A DNA stretch of 64,000 nt from Gemmatimonadota bacterium (GTDB lineage Bacteria; Gemmatimonadota; Gemmatimonadetes; Gemmatimonadales; GWC2-71-9). Under the pieces are notes generated by a model. It saw only the letters and a list, made by a program, of their open reading frames with translations. It made no database searches and was not told the origin of the DNA. The translations under genes were made by a program, and so were the position numbers. Of this stretch, positions 18,651 to 25,812 are shown in pieces; the stretch's first letter is position 1, and the number at the start of each line of letters is the position of its first letter. The stretch covers positions 27,854 to 91,853 of the forward strand of contig JAPULZ010000056.1 of assembly GCA_027294455.1 (NCBI GenBank). Direction: 5' to 3'.

Positions 18651-20273
18651 CTACTGCCTTACCCGAAGCCGCTGCCCAACCTGCAACAGGCTCTCGTTCG
18701 CTCCCATACCGTTCCAGTCCCTGAGATCGCTCACCTGGAGGCCGTAGCGCTGCGAGATGATCCAGAGGGTGTCTCCCCGCCGCACGGTATGGTATCCACT
18801 GGGCGGAACGCTCGCCCGGGCGATGCGGGTCCTGCGTCCGGTGCGCGCCGCGCGGCCGACCGGGATGACCAATCGCGTGCCGACATACATCCGTCTGGGC
18901 TGGACGCGGGGGTTCGCGGCCTGGAGGGCGCCGAGGGACACGCGGTAGCGCCGCGCGATCTCGCCCAGGGTTTCGCCCCGCCGCACGACGTGGTCCAGGA
19001 AATTCACCCGCTCGGAGGCTGGGAGCTCCTCGTAGAGACGCGCGACCATCGTGCCCGTGCCGCGGGGCACGCGGACGATGGCTTCTTCCCGCGGCGGCGT
19101 CGCCCCGCGGAAGTACTGGGGATTCAACTCGTTGATGGCCCGCACGGTCGTGTCGGCGAGCTGCGCGATGACGTCGAGACCGGTTTGATCCGGCACCGTG
19201 ATCTCATCGAACACCAACGGCTCGAGCAGCGGGATATTGCGGAACCCATAGCGCTCGGGGTCCTGGGCGACCATGGTCGCCGCGATTAGCTTGGGGACGT
19301 AATCCCTGGTTTCGCGACGGAGATAACGCCGGTCTGACAGGGCGAAGAACATTTCGTCGGACACGTCCTGATCGGGAAGACGCTGAATGCCCCGGGAAAC
19401 CGAGCCGGCCCCCGCATTGTAAGCCGCCGCCGCCAGGTACCACGCCCCGAACTCCTCTTGCAAATCCACCAGATGTCGCGCGGCCGCATCAGTGGCCTTG
19501 AAGGGATCGCGCCGCTCGTCCACCCAGCTTGTAATCCGCAGATCGTAGCCCCGCCCCGTCGACCTTACGAACTGCCACATGCCAACCGCATAGGACCGCG
19601 AGACGGCAGTATTGGAGTAGCCGCTTTCGATCAGGGCCAGATACAACAGCTCTTGAGGCAAGCCGTACCGCTGCAGGGCGGCCGTGATCATTCCCTCGTA
19701 GCGCCCGAGCCGGCCCAACCAGATGTTGAAGCGATTGCGCGACGGCCCGAGGAAATAGTCGACGTAGTAGCGGACGCGCCGGTGATCGGCGAACGACTCG
19801 ATATCCAAGGAGGCGGCGGCGGTCCCGCCACCCGACCCGCCCGTGGTGGTCCACTCTTCCGGATAATCGGTGGCGGGGTCCGCCGCGGGGAGCGTCCCGC
19901 GCAGGTGATCGGCGCCCTTGGCGAGGCTGGTGAACTCCAGCTCGCGCAGCGCCACCAGGGCAGCCTCGTCCGCCGCAGAGTCGGACACCGCAATCGTCTG
20001 CACCACCGGGAACTGAGACTCTTCCGTCCGAGGCACCGCGCCGAACTGAGGATGAGATGCCACCGGCGCCGACGACCCGCCCGCACACGCAGAAAGGAAC
20101 ATCACGCCCATCACCGTCCCCGAGGCCGGTAGCAAGCCGCGGGCCCGGCGGGCGGCGACCCAGCGAATCGAAGCAAACCCGATCAAGCGCACACCTCCAT
20201 ATGACGTTCCTAAACACACCGGCTCAACCATACCATAGAGCGCGTGGTTTCCAGGAGCGGTGATGGAACGCAC
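18651..20273 (-). CDS. Membrane-bound lytic murein transglycosylase D-like lipoprotein with two C-terminal LysM domains
   Basis: SLT block IESGYSNTAVSRSYAVGMWQF and AAAYNAGAGSV. Two LysM repeats (HVVRRGETLGEIARRY…, YHTVRRGDTLWIISQRY…). A lipobox FLSAC is present. The true start may be internal (GTG near 20192). Confidence 0.85.
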   Translation of the reverse strand: MRSITAPGNHALYGMVEPVCLGTSYGGVRLIGFASIRWVAARRARGLLPASGTVMGVMFLSACAGGSSAPVASHPQFGAVPRTEESQFPVVQTIAVSDSAADEAALVALRELEFTSLAKGADHLRGTLPAADPATDYPEEWTTTGGSGGGTAAASLDIESFADHRRVRYYVDYFLGPSRNRFNIWLGRLGRYEGMITAALQRYGLPQELLYLALIESGYSNTAVSRSYAVGMWQFVRSTGRGYDLRITSWVDERRDPFKATDAAARHLVDLQEEFGAWYLAAAAYNAGAGSVSRGIQRLPDQDVSDEMFFALSDRRYLRRETRDYVPKLIAATMVAQDPERYGFRNIPLLEPLVFDEITVPDQTGLDVIAQLADTTVRAINELNPQYFRGATPPREEAIVRVPRGTGTMVARLYEELPASERVNFLDHVVRRGETLGEIARRYRVSLGALQAANPRVQPRRMYVGTRLVIPVGRAARTGRRTRIARASVPPSGYHTVRRGDTLWIISQRYGLQVSDLRDWNGMGANESLLQVGQRLRVRQ

Positions 20274-20276
20274 AAA

Positions 20277-20699
20277 TCAACTCGAGAAGGTCGTAACCCC
20301 GAGAAAGCGATTTGTGGCATTGAGGACCGCGATCGCCGCCGCACGGGTCGGATCTTCTTCCGCAAGATACGAGCCGACGAGGCGTCGTGGTGCTTGATCC
20401 CGTCCGACCAACAGGGCGACGATCACGACGATGGCGTCAAACGCCTTCACCGCGTGGACGCCGATCAGCTCGAATCGGCCATCGGACGGCCGCATGGCCT
20501 GGTGGAGCGCATCGATGGTCGCGAGGGCGGCGCACCGAAGATGATCGGCATCGGGTTCGGCGCAGTCCGCGCGCCCGGTGAAGGACTGACCGGGGCGTAT
20601 CTGGAGCTCGACGCGGGCGGCATGGGCACCGGCGTCCGGGGTCTCGACTTCGAGGCTCAGGAACCTGAGACGTTGCGATGCGCTGTCCGCCATTTCCAT
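20277..20699 (-). CDS. Hypothetical protein (140 aa), possibly with a dsRBD-like fold
   Basis: Coding-like composition. Ends 3 nt before the MltD-like ORF. The pattern …RCAALATIDALHQA…AAAIAVLNATNRFL loosely resembles dsRBD-fold proteins. Weak assignment. Confidence 0.45.
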   Translation of the reverse strand: MEMADSASQRLRFLSLEVETPDAGAHAARVELQIRPGQSFTGRADCAEPDADHLRCAALATIDALHQAMRPSDGRFELIGVHAVKAFDAIVVIVALLVGRDQAPRRLVGSYLAEEDPTRAAAIAVLNATNRFLGVTTFSS

Positions 20700-20752
20700 T
20701 CCTCCAGACTACCCCCCCGGCCCTTCCGTCGGGCCGAAGGCGGAAACCGCGA

Positions 20753-21013
20753 TTAGGTTTCGGCCTTGAAGTGGACTTCGAGCTGGCTCCGCGAATGTTG
20801 CTCCGGCATGTGAAGCACGTCCACGTCCAATCGGGAGACGCCGCCTTCATCCACCACCGAGACCAGGAGGGTTCTGCCATCTTCCAGCATGATGCGCAGC
20901 TGGCGGCAGTCCGAACGGATCTTCACATCCTGCACGTGGCGGTCGCGCAATTGATCCACGGCTTCGGTGATGCGACGCAGATCTTGCACGGAGGTGATGG
21001 CGGTAGGTGACAT
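20753..21013 (-). CDS. Hypothetical small protein (86 aa)
   Basis: ATG 21013 (MSPTAITSVQDL…). Third-position GC is high and the composition is balanced. Lies in series with neighbouring small ORFs on the same strand. Confidence 0.45.
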   Translation of the reverse strand: MSPTAITSVQDLRRITEAVDQLRDRHVQDVKIRSDCRQLRIMLEDGRTLLVSVVDEGGVSRLDVDVLHMPEQHSRSQLEVHFKAET

Positions 21014-21026
21014 GGTGACCGTGGGC

Positions 21027-21272
21027 TCAGGTGTTGTGTTGTTGCAAGACCTGCCGCAGTTCGTCGTCGCGAATACGATCGGCCAGGCGGAACAGTAAGG
21101 TCTTCGATCCCGACTCCAGCGGATACGCCGTCCAAAAGGCCCTGGCCTCGGCCCCCCCTTGCTGGCGCCGAAACGAGAGCGAAAGCCGCCAGCTGCGCTC
21201 GTCCGGCCGGCGCTCTGCCGCCGGCTGCACATGCCACACCTCATCTTCTGTGTCGATTACTCTCCACACCAT
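21027..21272 (-). CDS. Hypothetical small protein (81 aa)
   Basis: ATG 21272 (MVWRVIDTEDEVWHV…). Coding-like codon usage. Lies 13 nt upstream of the next small ORF. Confidence 0.4.
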   Translation of the reverse strand: MVWRVIDTEDEVWHVQPAAERRPDERSWRLSLSFRRQQGGAEARAFWTAYPLESGSKTLLFRLADRIRDDELRQVLQQHNT

Positions 21273-21342
21273 TGAATTGGAACCTCGGTGGATGGACGAA
21301 TCGGGCAGCGCGGGCGAATATCGCCCGTCGTACGGTACACGG

Positions 21343-21669
21343 TCAAGGGGGCCACAGATCCAGTGCGGTGAGATCGTCGAGACGGTCGACATCGCGTAGC
21401 TCCGGCAGAAGCACCGGAGCGTCAGCCCCCACGGCGAGCACCGACCGATCCGGACGCCGGGCGAAATGCCCCTGGAAACCGAACGCGATGCTGGCGCCAA
21501 GATCCCCCTCGGGTTGTGGGCGAAACCGGTACTCCCCGAGCCACGCCCGCATCTCGGCGAGTGCGTCTGGGCGGATGGTACCAGATAGTGAGTGAGGAGA
21601 CGGGCGCGACTTGACGGCGCCGGCGCGCGGCGCGCGCGCAAAGAGCACCACAGAGATCACGGCAGGCAC
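21343..21669 (-). CDS. Abbreviated DUF2064-like (TIGR04282-type glycosyltransferase) ORF, possibly a decayed gene
   Basis: It keeps the N-terminal VVLFARAPRAGAVKSR motif, the central GDLG…GADAP motif and the C-terminal L.DVD..DDL motif. All of this sits in only 108 aa, versus about 200 aa for the family as I recall it. Confidence 0.4.
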   Translation of the reverse strand: MPAVISVVLFARAPRAGAVKSRPSPHSLSGTIRPDALAEMRAWLGEYRFRPQPEGDLGASIAFGFQGHFARRPDRSVLAVGADAPVLLPELRDVDRLDDLTALDLWPP

Positions 21670-21687
21670 CCTGGCAGGTTCACGGGC

Positions 21688-23871
21688 TCAGGCGGCCTTC
21701 ACAGCCTCCAGTTTCGCCATGACGGGCGGTAAGGGACTTGCGGAGGAGGAATGATCGAACGAAAGCACGTCCATCGGGCATACATCGATGCAGATACCAC
21801 ACTGAATGCATCCGGAGTTCCGGTTGTCGAACGACGCACCGCTCTTGGCAAACGCCATCACGTCCACCCCGACCTGGCAATACCGGCTGCACATGGTGCA
21901 CGAGATGCAGTGCTCGTTCGACTTGATGGTGAGACGACCGTACCAACGGGCCAAGACTTGATTCCAAGCAGCGAGCGGGCACCAGTACCGGCACCACACC
22001 TTGCCACCAAAAAAGGGATACAGCGCGATGGGAATCACGGCGATGAGCCAGAATTCGACCATATACTGGTACGACTGCATCCAGATGTTGTCGGCGCGGG
22101 TCTTGAACATCCCCACCGTCACGACCGTGGCAATCGTAGCTGCCACCAACACCACGGCTCCCTGGAATTCCCAAGAGCGGCTTCGCTTGCCCTTCGGTGC
22201 CAGATGCCGCCAGCGATCACCCAGGGTTTCCGCGAGCCCACCGCAGCCACAAATCCACGTGCAGAAGCGTTTGCCGTGGTTGCGACTCGCCCAGGGGATG
22301 GCGATGAACGTCAAGAAGAGACCGGCGCCGATGAACCCGTACACGATGAATTTCGGATCCGACGTGCTGAACCAGTTGAACGTGCTGATGGACAGGGGCC
22401 AAGGTTGCGAGAGGCCCCACGCTCGCCAGGAGTACTGGACGGTCAGGGCCTGCACCGCGACCACGTTGGCAATGAGAAAGAACCCAACCTGGAAGCTCGT
22501 CAGCGAGATAAAGCGCCACTTCTGGTACCGGTTGTCGCGGGCAATCGAACTCCACCGATAAAACGCCTGGTAGCCGAGCGCGGCGAACGCCACCGTGTAC
22601 AGCAAGCTGTAGAGGTACCCCTGCTGAAACCACAGCGTCCCGTAGATGTCTTGCCGCGCTTGTTCGTCAAAGATCCAGGAGAACGGCAGAAACGCGATAC
22701 CGAACAACCGCTGCACGACCCCGCTGAAACTCTCGAGAGAAAAGAAGTGGTTGAACGGCCAGGCGTAGGGCAACTCAGGAAATTTCTTGAGCCCGTACAG
22801 GGAATACGTAAAGAGGAATGCGAGGCCCAAATAGACCCACCGCCGTACATACCAATCACCTTCGAGCCTGATCCCGATGCGCCGAAAGAAGGGAAGCGGT
22901 AGCTCCGCGCCGATCATCTCGAACACCACGTCGTTCGGAACCGTCTGCTCCCGCCCGGCGGCGTCGCGAAACGTGACCGACGCCGTCTCGACCCGTTCCA
23001 GCGTACTCGAAAGATGCAAGTCGAGCCGCCCGGCAGCTTGCTCCGCCAGCAGGGCAGTGACGTTGCGCTTGCGCGGAAACGTCAACGCCGCGTCGACGGT
23101 CACCATGGTGACCTCGTTGGTCTTGCAGAGCGCCAGCGCCGCTTCGGCCGCAACGTCCCCGCCGCCGTAGATGAAAATGCGCTTGCCGGTGTACCGATCC
23201 GGATCGGCGAGGTGATGCTTGATCCGGTCGGCGTGTTCCGCCTCGCCCGTCGCACCGGCTTTGCGCGGGTTGCCCGCCATCCCGACGGCCAAAATGACGC
23301 GGCGGGCCCGATACGCACGGCGAGCGGATTCCACCACGAAGTGTCCGTCTCGCTGCTGGATATCGGTGACGTTCTCGTGTTCGTGCACCGCGAGGCCGGC
23401 ATCGCTGACCTGCCGCCGCCACCGTTCGAGGAGCTCCTCGCGAGTGCACTCTTCGAACCACATGGTACTGCGGTTGGGGACGCGGTCGGGCTCAGCGAAG
23501 AGGATCTTGCCCTTATACATATTGTGCACGGTCGTGGCGATCCGATCCGAGTCCAGGACCAGGTATCGCATGCCCAGCTCGTGCGCTCGCATGGCCGCGC
23601 CGAGGCCCGAGGAGCCGGCACCCACGACCACGACATCCAACAACTCCGGATCGCTCTCCACCGGCGGGCCCAGCTCGGCCCGGAGCCGATTCGCGAGATC
23701 GACCCCTTCGTTGAGTCCCAGCTTGATGAGAGGGGTGCCGCCGATATCCCCCGTCAGATAGAGGCCCGAGATCGAGCTTTCCCGGTTCTCATCGACTTCC
23801 GGCAGCACAGGGTACGAGGGATCCGGCTGCTTCGGGCCGAAGAGCGTACGAATTTGGGTCGAGAAAGTCAC
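21688..23871 (-). CDS. Fusion protein: FAD/NAD(P)-binding pyridine-nucleotide oxidoreductase domain + polytopic NapH/CcoG-like polyferredoxin membrane domain
   Basis: GxGxxG motifs VVVVGAGSSGLGAA and IFIYGGGDVAAEAA are followed by multiple TM helices. Cys motifs follow: CTWICGCGG, CRYWCPLAAW, CISCTMCSRYCQ and CIQCGICIDVCP (4Fe-4S type). The start is GTG 23871, the first start codon after an in-frame TAG, so the N-terminus is uncertain. Confidence 0.8.
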   Translation of the reverse strand: MTFSTQIRTLFGPKQPDPSYPVLPEVDENRESSISGLYLTGDIGGTPLIKLGLNEGVDLANRLRAELGPPVESDPELLDVVVVGAGSSGLGAAMRAHELGMRYLVLDSDRIATTVHNMYKGKILFAEPDRVPNRSTMWFEECTREELLERWRRQVSDAGLAVHEHENVTDIQQRDGHFVVESARRAYRARRVILAVGMAGNPRKAGATGEAEHADRIKHHLADPDRYTGKRIFIYGGGDVAAEAALALCKTNEVTMVTVDAALTFPRKRNVTALLAEQAAGRLDLHLSSTLERVETASVTFRDAAGREQTVPNDVVFEMIGAELPLPFFRRIGIRLEGDWYVRRWVYLGLAFLFTYSLYGLKKFPELPYAWPFNHFFSLESFSGVVQRLFGIAFLPFSWIFDEQARQDIYGTLWFQQGYLYSLLYTVAFAALGYQAFYRWSSIARDNRYQKWRFISLTSFQVGFFLIANVVAVQALTVQYSWRAWGLSQPWPLSISTFNWFSTSDPKFIVYGFIGAGLFLTFIAIPWASRNHGKRFCTWICGCGGLAETLGDRWRHLAPKGKRSRSWEFQGAVVLVAATIATVVTVGMFKTRADNIWMQSYQYMVEFWLIAVIPIALYPFFGGKVWCRYWCPLAAWNQVLARWYGRLTIKSNEHCISCTMCSRYCQVGVDVMAFAKSGASFDNRNSGCIQCGICIDVCPMDVLSFDHSSSASPLPPVMAKLEAVKAA

Positions 23872-24113
23872 CGCAAATCCTCTGTATGTCCCGGGCGAAA
23901 AGATTCCCTACGGGAACGGAGGAAACGCGCCGCGAGTTCCCCCGGGGCGCAGCTCCGTAGCCCGATGTCGGCCCTGGCAGGAAATCTAGTTGTGCGGGGT
24001 GAGCATGCTCCAGTATTCGGCGAGGTCGAATCCAACCGGATCGACATGGTCGTACCGCTCCCGCACGAAGTGGCGCCAAACGCCCAATTCCCGCCGACGG
24101 GCGGGACAGGACC

Positions 24114-24311
24114 CTATCCCCTACCCGGCGGGGGCGGGCCAAAGACGGGATCGGGCATGTTCATGCCCCCACCACCCCCCATGTCCATCATGGAGGGCAT
24201 GCCCTGACCCGCGAGAGCGGGCGGCGCGGCGAGCGAAACCATGACCGGAGCGGTGTAGACGGCCCCCGTCGCTAACTTCTTCAAGAACTCGCGCCGATCG
24301 TGGGATCTCAT
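24114..24311 (-). CDS. Small Tat-signal peptide/protein (65 aa) with a Met/Gly/Pro-rich mature region ending in GRG
   Basis: MRSHDRREFLKKLATGAVYTAPVMVSLAAPPALA carries the twin-arginine motif RREFLK, an h-region and an AxA site. The mature part is GQGMPSMMDMGGGGGMNMPDPVFGPPPPGRG. AGGTGA lies a few nt upstream of ATG 24311, which is 8 nt after the methyltransferase stop. Confidence 0.6.
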   Translation of the reverse strand: MRSHDRREFLKKLATGAVYTAPVMVSLAAPPALAGQGMPSMMDMGGGGGMNMPDPVFGPPPPGRG

Positions 24312-24318
24312 CACTCAC

Positions 24319-25479
24319 CTACACCTTGTTGGCAATGGACGTCTCGACCCTGCCCTGGAGAGCCGCGAGGACCTCTCGTTGCGCTAGCTCGGAACTCAAC
24401 TCCGGGTGGGCTCCGCGCAGCGCTTCGGCAATTTCGCCCATGGTCCTCGCACCGTCGGTGAGGGACAACACGTCGCACTCGAGCGCGCCGTGCCGTCCGA
24501 GCCTCGGAACCGCATCGGGGCTCAAGCCTGCGAGGTCGTGCAACGATGCCGGGGCCGCGGCGAACTCGTTGCCCTGTACCGTGCGTCCACCGGCTTCCAA
24601 GCTCCAAGCAAGCCAGCCAGGCGTTCCGTCGTCTGATGCGCTAGATCCGACGCTCGCACGGAGCACTTCTCCGACTCCCACGGACAGGGGCGGATCGGCC
24701 ATCAGCACCGTATTGCCCCAGGATCCCGGCTCGGCGCCCGGCGCGTTAGAAAGCCATTCCCCGGGAGCGAGCTCCAGGTCGAACCACAGCGCCAATCCGT
24801 CGATGGAGCCTGCCCGGTCCATGCGCCATTCCGCCGTACCGTGCAACGCCGCCCTCGGATCGGGAGCCCGATCGAACCGCACCTCCCCGAGGGCAACCGG
24901 GTCCGCCACCAGATCGTCGCTGACCATGTCCACCGACACGGGCGCGTTGACCGCGTACTCCCGGCTGGGACTCCAATCGATCCCGTATACCACTTCGGTG
25001 TCGAGATCCGCGAACGACAATACGGCCCGGCGCACGCGATCGGACCGGATGGGCGCCAGCATGAGCCGGGCCCGACACGGGACGGTACGCACTTCCCCCA
25101 CGGCATAATCTCGCAACAACGTCTCGAGCAAGCGAACATTGCCGGCGTCGAGGAGGCGCGGGGCGAAATCCTCGAAGATGACGACGTCACACCGCTCGGG
25201 TATCGTCAGTCTCGGAATCCATCCCCTCAGGAACTCTATGCGGTCGGCGTACCCGTTCACCACCCCGATGGCTTTTGCCACGTGCACGATCGGTGTCCCG
25301 TCCACGGCCCAGACGCGGCCGGCCCCCGCATCGGCGGCGAAGAACGCAAACGTCCCCAGTCCCGTCCCGACCTCCAACACCCGATCGCCGGGCCGTACCA
25401 CGGCGTGAATGGCGCGGCGAAAAGCCTCGATGCGCTTCTCTTGGGCCAACATGCCCCGGTAGTGCTGCATCATGCTCAT
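24319..25479 (-). CDS. PRMT-like class I SAM methyltransferase with a C-terminal PqqD/RRE-like domain
   Basis: Motif I is VLEVGTGLGTFAFFAADAGAGRVWAVD. There is an acidic loop VVIFEDF…LLD and a beta-barrel-like region with SWGNTVL, which resembles the PRMT THW loop. The C-terminal about 70 aa (VLSLTDGARTMGEIAEAL…VLAALQ) resembles PqqD. ATG 25479 overlaps the PqqD stop (ATGA). Confidence 0.75.
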   Translation of the reverse strand: MSMMQHYRGMLAQEKRIEAFRRAIHAVVRPGDRVLEVGTGLGTFAFFAADAGAGRVWAVDGTPIVHVAKAIGVVNGYADRIEFLRGWIPRLTIPERCDVVIFEDFAPRLLDAGNVRLLETLLRDYAVGEVRTVPCRARLMLAPIRSDRVRRAVLSFADLDTEVVYGIDWSPSREYAVNAPVSVDMVSDDLVADPVALGEVRFDRAPDPRAALHGTAEWRMDRAGSIDGLALWFDLELAPGEWLSNAPGAEPGSWGNTVLMADPPLSVGVGEVLRASVGSSASDDGTPGWLAWSLEAGGRTVQGNEFAAAPASLHDLAGLSPDAVPRLGRHGALECDVLSLTDGARTMGEIAEALRGAHPELSSELAQREVLAALQGRVETSIANKV

Positions 25480-25757
25480 TGCAGCAGTCCCGCCCGGGCA
25501 AATTCGGAGACGACGCCCTCCACGTCCTGCTCGAGGGTATCGGCCGGCGCCGACCCGGTGAATGCCTCACGCACCTCCCCGGCGATCTCGCCCAGGGTGA
25601 GGCTGCCGCTGCAATGCGCCCAGACCAGGGAGGCCGTGAGGTTCAGCACGTGCATCTTGTTGTCACGGGGATCGAAGAGCACCCACTCCTCATCGAGCTG
25701 ACGAAACACGACGTCGCCCCGGGCTTTGGGGCGTTGCGGCATCTTGGGCGTCGCCAT
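25476..25757 (-). CDS. PqqD-family protein (RiPP recognition element-like)
   Basis: VVFRQLDEEWVLFDPRDNKMHVLNLTASLVWAHCSGSLTLGEIAGEV…DVEGVVSEFARAGLL matches the PqqD pattern. I start at ATG 25757; ATG 25742 is also possible. Confidence 0.8.
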   Translation of the reverse strand: MATPKMPQRPKARGDVVFRQLDEEWVLFDPRDNKMHVLNLTASLVWAHCSGSLTLGEIAGEVREAFTGSAPADTLEQDVEGVVSEFARAGLLQ

Positions 25758-25812
25758 CGTCGTAAGATGGGCACTCACGGATTGGGCGGCAACGATGACA
25801 ACCGGCCGGGCC

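Noticed and set aside
24121-24318. An alternative 65-aa frame (MSDEIPRSARVLEEV…GHGGWWGHEHARS…) overlaps the Tat-peptide ORF.
   Set aside because: The competing frame gives a complete, canonical Tat signal peptide with an AxA site and a Shine-Dalgarno sequence. This frame starts at GTG, abuts the previous stop with no ribosome-binding site, and is Arg/His/Gly-rich.
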